A DNA stretch of 64,000 bases, taken from positions 2,294,001 to 2,358,000 of the forward strand of contig OZ037770.1 of the NCBI GenBank assembly GCA_964035545.1, given 5' to 3'. Each line of letters starts with the position of its first letter. Positions within the stretch are counted from its first letter, which is position 1. This DNA is from Bugula neritina (taxonomy: Eukaryota; Animalia; Bryozoa). The notes under the pieces were generated by a model. It did not search any database. It saw nothing but the letters and a program-made list of their open reading frames with translations, and was not told the DNA's origin. The translations under genes were made by a program, and so were the position numbers. Positions 55,314 through 64,000 of this stretch are shown in pieces.

Positions 55314-58300
55314 ATGGCCGCTGCAGCAGACACCTCGGAGAGAAGCAAATCTCCCGAGAGTCTGCTAAATGGAATAGAACTCAATGAACAGGGACTGCCC
55401 AAGTCTCAAGGGTTGTACAACCCTGACAATGAAAAAGATGCTTGCGGTGTGGGGTTTGTGGTGAACATAGATGGCGTAGCCACCCGCAAGGTACGTAGTA
55501 AATGAGCTAAGGCTACCTGGTTTCTCCATGCACTAGAAAGCCTAAGTTCATTACTTTGTTGTCATAAGTGTTAGGGCAGTTACTAGTTTCAGCTGAGCAG
55601 CTTTGAATTATTTAATCTCCTTCTAAATATTGTACTTTAGGAAATGGGTTAAAGTCAGCATTTATGTCAATATATATTCTGACTGCTAACTACTAGTTCA
55701 TGCTGCCTCACTGCCTGCGCTGCTGCCTTAATTACTTTTGTCAGCTCTGGACTAATTAGTAACGTCTAGCTAATAATCTCATTAATTGGATAATTCCGAC
55801 AGTATTTCTCTGAACCTCCTAGTTTATTGATGACTTTCTGCACTTACATGTCTAAATATAATCATCTTGTCTTATGTGTTTATTCGAATGCACAGTTTTT
55901 CAAATAGTAGGCTTCAAATTTGCTCAATCAGCAGACACAATGGAAAAGTATATTATAGAACAGAGTGTCCAACCTTTTTCAGACAGAGGTCCACTTGAAT
56001 GGGATATTTCATGGTGAGGGCCACATCGTGAAATTAGGTTTGATCTGGGGGCCACAGCATCAGTATTTGTCAAATAACTTTATTCCAAACTCCTATGAGT
56101 TATTACACAATAAAATCTGAATAATTCCTGCAGGCTGCATGTTTTAGCATATATATAAGCGAGACATCTAAAAGATGGTTTTCCCAATTTAATTCATATA
56201 CATGTGCTAAATTATTTTATTTGTTATGCTATTGAGGGCTACATAAATGCTGTCTGAGGGCCACATCCTGTCCTGGGGCCGCCTGTTGGACAGCCCTAAT
56301 CTAGAATATCGGAAGACAGGAATACCCGTAAAGTTATTCCTTAATCTCACATAATTTATTCAAATGCTGCTCTAACTGAGTTTGTAGGTGCTCTGATCTC
56401 TTTAGATTCAGTGAATATTTTCTAAATTCTGATAACATAAGAAATGCTGGCTGGGAATATGTAGATCATGCAGCTGCAATGTACCAGACTTTACCCATCA
56501 ACTTAACCTTTGACCCACCATACTCAACCTAACTAGAAGTAGCAAATCATCATGTAATTGACCTTTAGGACACTGTCCATTAGGACACTGTCCATTAGGA
56601 CACTGTCCACCATGGGGGGTAATTACCCTATGTGGATAGTGGACATGGTCAATTAATGTCTATTCAAAGGGTAGACTGATTTATCTCAACATCGCCTCTC
56701 CTGTTTTTTCTCAAATTCTGATAAACTCAAAGCATAGCCTAAGAATCTATTAACCTTAGTCACCAAGGGCAAGTCCTGTTCCACCCGGTTTTTGCTATAT
56801 AATTCTCAGTTTAAACGTTGCTCTCTCAGGTACTGGAAGACTCGAGGTTGATGCTGGAGAGAATGATGCACAGAGGTGCCTGTAGCTGTGACAATGTGAC
56901 AGGTGACGGTGCGGGGCTCATGGTAGCCACCCCTCACACGTTCTACCAAAGAATTGTTAAGTAGGTTTCAGGCTATACATTCATTCCTTTCTTCCGGTGT
57001 AAACTTGGGAATTCAAACTGCGATAAGTTGTTGTTTGTAGAAGTCAATTTTGTATTAGTATTCATGAATCTTTTGCTCTATAAGTTAAAATTTGCACATA
57101 AAATTGAACACCAGCCTGTAGGTTATTTTATATATTGTATTTCTTTCAACTCTCATCATAAACTATTGAATGCCTGCAGCCGTAGCGGTCTGTCATCATA
57201 TGATGTAACTGTATATAGATTATAGTTACATGTTTGACAGAATCTATCACTTTGTGTAACTCAACACTCTGATATTATAAACTACCCATCTCTCACGTTT
57301 TACACTCATGCCCCTTGCAGTGGTATTTTCCAACCTGCCCTGGCTAAACGAAAGTGTGGCATGAGGGTTATTGACTGGCATCTTGCCAAGTTGTAATATC
57401 ACAAACTCAACGAGTGATTACACAATGTAACAGATAAAGTGCATTTAATAGGAGTAGAATATATGCAAGTTATCTATATATAGCCTTGCTAATACCAATA
57501 TTCAAAATGCTTTCGGCATGGCATATAGTTTGTATTGACGATTGTTTTAAAATGATAATAATCTGAACTGTGAATGAAGAATGATTTTATCAATAAGAAC
57601 TAGATTGAAAATAGTTTGTATGGTTGGCTAAAAATGAAATATCAGCCCGATTTCGAAAGATTTAAGGTACACTTTTATCCTTCTGCATCATATAATCAGG
57701 AGCAGTAGTGGAGAAATTGAGATAGCCTAAGTTCTTTTATTTTAATAATAAATTGTGGATCGGCGAACCAGAATACCTTTACTACTGTACTTCAATATAT
57801 GTATGAATAATATAGACATTTGTGATCTCATGATAATCACATGCTTTGTATCAGTATATAAATACAGTAGTTGTGACACCTGTGATCACCTGTCAATATA
57901 TAAATACAATAGTTGTGACACCTGTTTGTCTGTATATAAACGCAGTAGTTGTGACACCGGTGACCACCTGTCAGTATATAAACACAGTAGTTGTGACATC
58001 TGCAATCACCTGTCAGTATATAAACACAGTATTTGTGACACCTGCAATCACCTGTCAGTATATAAACACAGTAGTTGTGACACTTGTGATCACCTGCCAG
58101 TGTCAACCTGTTTAGACTAGTCGTTACCTGTGCAGTAGAGCTACACTAAAATAGACACTTTATCTTACCAGCCGGAGATAAGCTGTAGGAAAAAAACAAC
58201 AGCAAACTTTCTTAAAATTCCACTAAGTAAGGTTCAAAGTTTTACAACACACACTTTTCAAGGCCACATATAGCCTGTGTACTCTCAGATGGTCACCACA

Positions 58301-61300
58301 GTCCCTGGTGTTTTTAGTTGTCAGCCTATTTCAAATGTTCCACTTTCAGGAGGGCAGGCTATGATTGAGTTATATATGCAAAGTTGCTAGCATCTCCATT
58401 AGTGGTAGTTTTAGCACAAGCTCTGAAATAAACAGCAAAATAAAAGCCAAAGCTAATTGAAAATTTGTGTCTCAACAAACATTTTCAAGGCATTCTGGGA
58501 AATTATCTTCTTCCTTCTGCAAACTCTGCTTGTCTGGTGACTAGAGAATATTGCGGAATATTAAGTAGAAACTGTGAGCTCATTGTGTAATATACTAGCT
58601 CTTTGATGCTGTAGAGAGGAGAGTGGAATAGAGTTACCTCCCCTGGGACAGTATGCTACTGGAATACTATTCTTAGATACAGCTACCAGACAGAAGGCAG
58701 AAATGACCTTCACAGACTTGGCCCAAGAATGTGGCGTGCAGGTAAATAGGGTGAAGGTCATACGCATAGCTAATGGAAACCTTCACCTTGATTATGAAGT
58801 GTTTCTTTACATTTACTGTAAACATTGGTTACTACTCTTGATATGTAAACACTATCGGTATAGATAAATACCCACTGCTGTGATATCTACACCTCAGGAA
58901 CATTTAAATTATCATCTTGGTGAATCAGTAAGAGGGTTTATCCTCTCTAAAGTGTTTAATTGAGTCTTTGCACTGGCTTTCTTACTAGCTTTGATCTCTC
59001 CATCGTAACCTTCTCTTACAATGATGTCTTTCCTCTGATTATTGTGTTATCTATAGTATACACTCTTATTTCTACGTATAATGAAATAAATATCTACACC
59101 ATTAGAAGCAGTAGTGGAGAAATTTAGATAGCTTAAGTTCTTTAATTTTATCATTAAATTTTGGTGTGGGACGCTGTTGAAATTCTTGCAAGAACATAAT
59201 TTCTTATGCTATATTCTAACCTTGAAATACAGCCTTTATCAATTTCTCTATCACTGCACCTAGCCCATCTACAGATATCATCTTCCATTTTTCTATTTTA
59301 GGTCATCAAATGGAGAACTATCCCAGTTCTTAACGAAGCTATTGGTGACATCGCGTCCACCAGAGAGCCCCTTCTTCGTCAGGTGAGTAGCTGAAAGAAC
59401 TCTGGCTATATAAGACAAGTAGTTGTATGTCTATCAATACATTAGGTCTCCCATTAGTGTAGTAATTACGTCTCACAGTGAGTAGCACTCTTGGGATGAG
59501 CTCTACAGCTAATCAATATTCAGTAATCCACTTAGCAAGTCAATGACATTGTTTATATCAATGATGTCTTCTAACGGTTTCTTTCAACTCTCTTTGTAGG
59601 TGTTTGTAACCTGTACTAACACAGAAGAGCTCAATAAGAAGGTAATGTTTTGAGATTCTTATAAGCTTGAAGCTCTTCCCGTCCTTTAATATATTTTGTA
59701 CCACAGGCCCTGGAAAGGGATATTGTTCTGGGGGCCATAACATCAGAATTTTTCAAATTTATTCCAAATTCCTATGAATCATTACATAATAAACTTATCA
59801 ATAACTGCAGGCTTCGAGTCTTTAGCATGTACATTTAAAAGATGGTTTTTGTTCACTCTAATTCATAATTGTGTGCAAAATAGTTTTATTTTTTAATGCC
59901 TTTGAGGGCCACATAAATGTAGTCTGGGGGTCATATTTTTAGCATTTCTTGAAAAGCATTTGACCTCTTGACCTGTATTGTGTATTCTAGGTATATTTAC
60001 TGAGGAAGAAAGCCACCCACACCTTAGGTGGGCGTGGCTTCAGATTCTACATCTGCAGCTTGTCAGCTGACACTGTTGTTTACAAGGTATGGTGTTCATT
60101 TGTCTTCTCGCTTTTCATTTGCTAATATATTATCAATCAACCAATCCGCTCACTTTTTGATTAATAAGCCAGAGATAAATTTCTAAAAAATAGTTACACT
60201 TCCTTAATGGTACTTCTTCAAGTAATTGAAATCTATCTATAATCTATAAATTATGATGTTGCTGTGTGAGTTTAGCCCTTTATTCTTGTAATTATAAATA
60301 AAACTTTAGCTAAAAGTATGATATCTTCATTTTATAATTCTGAATATTTTAAGGGTGGGTGGGAAAGGCTTCTTCTATATAGGAAACAGTCAGTTGACTT
60401 GGGCTTATTTTCTGTAATCGAGTGTTTTGTTCAATAAAAATAACCTAATGGTTCAACCTCTACCACTGAGACCGAATATGGTTTACCATGTTCCCATGGA
60501 TACCACATATAGCTTATCAAGCTTCTGTGATGGTTTTACAATGTTCGTTATTTACGCCATATGTGGTCTATTGTGTTACCATGGAAACCAAAGCTGTCTT
60601 ACAATCAACATGATGATTGACTAAGTCCACATTAACCTCTAATAATATTGCTAATGCAGGGTCTGTTTACTCCTGACCAACTGTTCACCTACTTCTGGGA
60701 CCTCCAGCAGCCAGACTTCACCACCAAGATGGCCATGGTGCACAGTAGGTTCTCCACCAACACCTTTCCTAGCTGGGAGAGAGCCCACCCTCAGAGGTAA
60801 GTAATTTTCTAGCTGGGAGAGAGCCCACCCTCAGAGGTAAGTACGTTTGCTAGCAGGGAGAGAGCCCACCCTCAGAGGTAAGTACCTTCCCTAGCTGGGC
60901 GAGAGCCCACCCTCAAAGGTAAGTATTTTGTTGATGCATTTTGTTTTCTTCATTATAAATTTGAAAATTCATCTAAGTAAAATCAGCAATCGTTTGCAAG
61001 ATTTAAGGAATTTAGAGTCTTCTAAGTGCATTATCAGGCTTTTTATGGCAAAAAGTCGAAAACCGCTTCTGTTTTTAGTTGATATTGATAATGGATGTTT
61101 GGTGGCGTTGCTTTTGTAATGCTTCAGATTTTCCAAACTAATTTTAAACACTCACACACAAGTTTATAGTCACCATCCTTGCGAGAAACCCCTGATGGGA
61201 AGGTTTTTTGGTTAAATTGGGCTAAAGACTTATTCAGATGTGGTTGCGTATGAGAAATTATTACTGGATGCTTTTCCTAACATCACCAATGGCCTTTGTC

Positions 61301-63479
61301 GGGTTTGAACCCATGACTTCGTATTTACTAATAATGTTCTACAAAACTGTTGTAAAATGGAAAAGTATGTCTTTCCTTCAGGTATTTGTGTCACAACGGG
61401 GAAATCAACACGCTACGTGGCAACGTCAACCTGATGAAAGCCAGAGAGGGAGTAATGAAGTCTAAAGTGTACGGTGAACAGCTAGCAGACCTGTACCCTG
61501 TGGTAGAAGCTGGTATGTCTGACTCTGGTAGTCTCGACAATGTGCTGGAGTTCCTCATGCATGCCGGGGAGAGGTCCTTGCCCGAGGTGTGTTTATAACA
61601 GCATTGATGTCTAATGTGTTTGCAGCTAGATATCACTGAGCATTACAAACAATAAAACATTACGTGATATTTTAAAACAAATACGCGTTAAGCAATTAAA
61701 TGTTACTTGATAAATAGAAATTAAGAAAAAAACTAAATAATTGTAAACTACGGTTAATACTTTTGTTGAATTCTTGCATAGCGTAGTATCACATTTTGGG
61801 GTATTTACAGTGACGTGTGACTATCACTACGTTTCCATTGATTCGCAATATGCGATGCTTGTACTGATGCCTTTGTGCTTGCTGTTTCATTGGATGTAAC
61901 TGTTTCCGAACATCTAATATAATTTCCACTCGCATATATTGTGATGCTTGGAAATGCTTAGACGTGTTTATGTGATATAGACTAACTAGTTATGGCTTAA
62001 CTAGTTTTACTAGTTCAGTTTTACTCCTTCCAACACCGAGCTCTAGAGTAGAAACCTTTTCTCTGTAAAAAGGTTAGTTTGTTTGGCTGTTGATTATTAA
62101 AAGAATATTTACTCATCTCTAAGATTTTGCTTCTTGTTTCTGCAGGCAATCCTCACAATGGTGCCCGAAGCCTGGCAGAATGACAACATCATGGACGCGG
62201 ACAAGAAAGCCTTCTACAGGTACAACTCCTTTGCTATGGAGCCGTGGGATGGTCCCGCCCTACTGGCCTTCTCAGATGGCAGGTACACAGGCGCCGTGCT
62301 GGACAGGAACGGCCTTAGGCCCAGCAGATACTATCTGACCAGCCAGAACTACCTGTACATGGCTAGTGAAGTCGGGGTGTGCACTGCTAGACCTGAGGAT
62401 ATAGTGCAGAAGGTACTCTTCTACTCAGTAACTAGTGTAGTATATCAGTCGTATAGTAGTATACTGGAAGCTTTGAGTTGCGTTTAAACCTATACCGAAA
62501 AAGTTCTGAGTTTCAGTAATAACAATTGTCCAGGTACCCTTTTATAGTCAACCTGAAACTCAGTAAAATCATATTGATGCGGAAGCTTACTTTCTAAAAG
62601 TGAAATTTGACTCGTCTAATTGCTATTTGATGCCTTTTGAAACGCCTTGAATTAGTGAAGTTGGCAGCATAAAAGCAATAATTGAAAAGGCGTAGGCGAT
62701 ATAATTATTAACATATAAGTACGTCATCTAATCGCCAAAGTCATAACTAAGTAACGATATTTACAAGGAGTTATTTCTCCTCTTGAGTATTATTCTGAAT
62801 TCAGCCGATTAAGTTATCACAGTGCAAAAAATTTTACGACTGGCTTTTACAATGCAATGCAACTCGGAGAAATTTTAACTCGGCCAAATTGAATTTCTGA
62901 CTGAAAATCGGGAAGGTTTAAACACAACTTTACTGTAGCAGAGTTGGAATTATGGCACCATGAAGTAGTTATTCCTCAACTGTTTAGCAACTAAAAGCTA
63001 CATACATATGTTTACAAGATAGAATAGCAGGCATTTTCTGGGCTCATAACATATGTGTTGTTTTGTTTGTTCTATTGTAATTGTATCAAGAAATTTCGAC
63101 CTAAACTGCATGCCAATATTTCATTTTAATTTCATCAATAAGTTTCATGAAAGTAGAAAATTTATGGTGTGTCACCCAAAAGAATATAATGATGGGACCC
63201 ATAAATTGGCCAATAGGAAAGCTAGAGTAGACTCAAAATGTTCAGTTTCAAGAATTAGTCTTACATTTTCACTAATATGTATATATTGTGTACAAATAAT
63301 GCTCCAGTTGTAAATGTAGACTTCACACTGCCTATCTAGTTGTTTGACCATTACAGGGGCGACTAAAACCTGGCCGAATGCTTCTAGTGGATACAGAACT
63401 GAAGCTATTTAAGACAGATGTTGAAGTAAAGAAGGAGATAGTGTCCTTACGTCCCGTACAGCAGTGGGTACAGAATCAG
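55314..63479 (+). CDS. GLT1: Glutamate synthase [NADH] (GOGAT), N-terminal class II glutamine amidotransferase domain; gene continues beyond the window
   Basis: Ten GT-AG exons in continuous frame: 55314-55490, 56830-56960, 58615-58741, 59302-59382, 59600-59641, 59991-60086, 60660-60796, 61382-61586, 62146-62412, 63357-63479. Hallmarks: EKDA|CGVGF (catalytic N-terminal Cys), [82 protein letters not shown]. Confidence 0.97.
55961..56298. mobile_element. hAT (Charlie-like) MITE; partial second copy at ~59700-59935
   Basis: Degenerate TIRs CAGAGTGTCCAAC / GTTGGACAGCCCTA; imperfect 8-bp TSD TTATAGAA / ATCTAGAA; internal GGGCCACA repeats. Confidence 0.7.
56566..56610. repeat. 15-bp tandem repeat x3
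   Basis: TAGGACACTGTCCAT. Confidence 0.9.
57848..58100. repeat. 42-bp minisatellite, ~6 copies, intronic
   Basis: TCAGTATATAAACACAGTAGTTGTGACACCTGTGATCACCTG variants. Confidence 0.9.
60769..60925 (+). repeat. 40-41-bp tandem repeat x4 spanning an exon end and 5' splice site
   Basis: CTAGCTGGGAGAGAGCCCACCCTCAGAG|GTAAGTA; units start at 60769, 60809, 60850, 60891. Confidence 0.95.
61150..61322 (-). mobile_element. SINE copy (family of 12671)
   Basis: Reverse complement aligns from the B-box to the 3' end. Confidence 0.8.
62476..62929 (-). mobile_element. Full-length copy of the ~450-bp Harbinger-like MITE
   Basis: TIRs AGTTGCGTTTAAACCT / AGGTTTAAACACAACT; inverted relative to 28496-28942; flanks TTG / TTA. 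Confidence 0.88.
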
Positions 63480-64000
63480 GTACACAGCTATCTCCTCAGA
63501 ATGCTGCATTGTAGCTTTCGTGTTTTCTTTTTAAATTGACAAATCATTAGATAGTTTTACGGGTAATCACATATCTAACTTATGAGCAATAATCTCACGT
63601 TTGGGACAGAATTTCACACATTGCATACCTATTCAGTCATGGTGGTGTTTGAGTAACCAAGTAAGCTCTGGAACAGTGATCTTCTTTTCTCCCTTCATGT
63701 ATTTTAATCCAATAGTCATTGGAGACTTTACAGTTCCTGATCTGACCCGATATATCCCTTCTCACATGTATATTGTCAGTCACAGCCGTGTACTATGTTT
63801 TCCTTTGTTAAGGAACAAGTGTTGGCAAAAATCAACTTATATATTCTAACTACCTCTAATACACTCTATTTATCCTGATTTATCTATCCTATTGTCTCAC
63901 CACCATATAACCTGCCCTGTGCTATGTGATTATTCAGTGCCTGAAAACCAACTAGTCAAATATTCTAGTTGGTTCTCTTTCCCGGGCTGCATCCTTGCTG

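Noticed and set aside
57848-58100. CRISPR-like array or Cys/His repeat protein
   Set aside because: Head-to-tail 42-bp units without unique spacers, inside an intron

Overview
AT-rich, intron-rich eukaryotic DNA, most likely from an invertebrate animal (GT-AG introns, tRNA-derived SINEs, RTE/CR1 LINEs, NADH-type glutamate synthase). Most ORF-track entries are microsatellite or repeat artefacts; the genes below were rebuilt by hand from splice sites. (1) 55.3-63.5 kb (+): the first ten coding exons of glutamate synthase (GLT1/GOGAT), continuing past the window. (2) 0.1-28 kb: a cluster of four related loci resembling atlastin/guanylate-binding-protein (GB1/RHD3-family) GTPases with long coiled-coil tails. 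These are an intact 3' end (152-6503, +) built from phase-0 exons of exactly 63 or 42 nt (whole heptads), an orphan exon (9009, +) and two decayed copies (12275-15595 and 25123-27906, -). (3) Two hammerhead-ribozyme elements next to (TA)n tracts: a canonical type I hammerhead with a structured retrozyme-like body (11371-11640, -), and a 5'-truncated Penelope-like element with inverted pseudo-LTRs, a GIY-YIG C-terminus and minimal hammerheads (28.3-29.6 kb). (4) A decayed multi-exon Cys-cluster gene at 39.5-44 kb, plus many MITEs, SINEs, LINE fragments and mini/microsatellites. All family assignments come from motif recognition by eye; no database searches were run.
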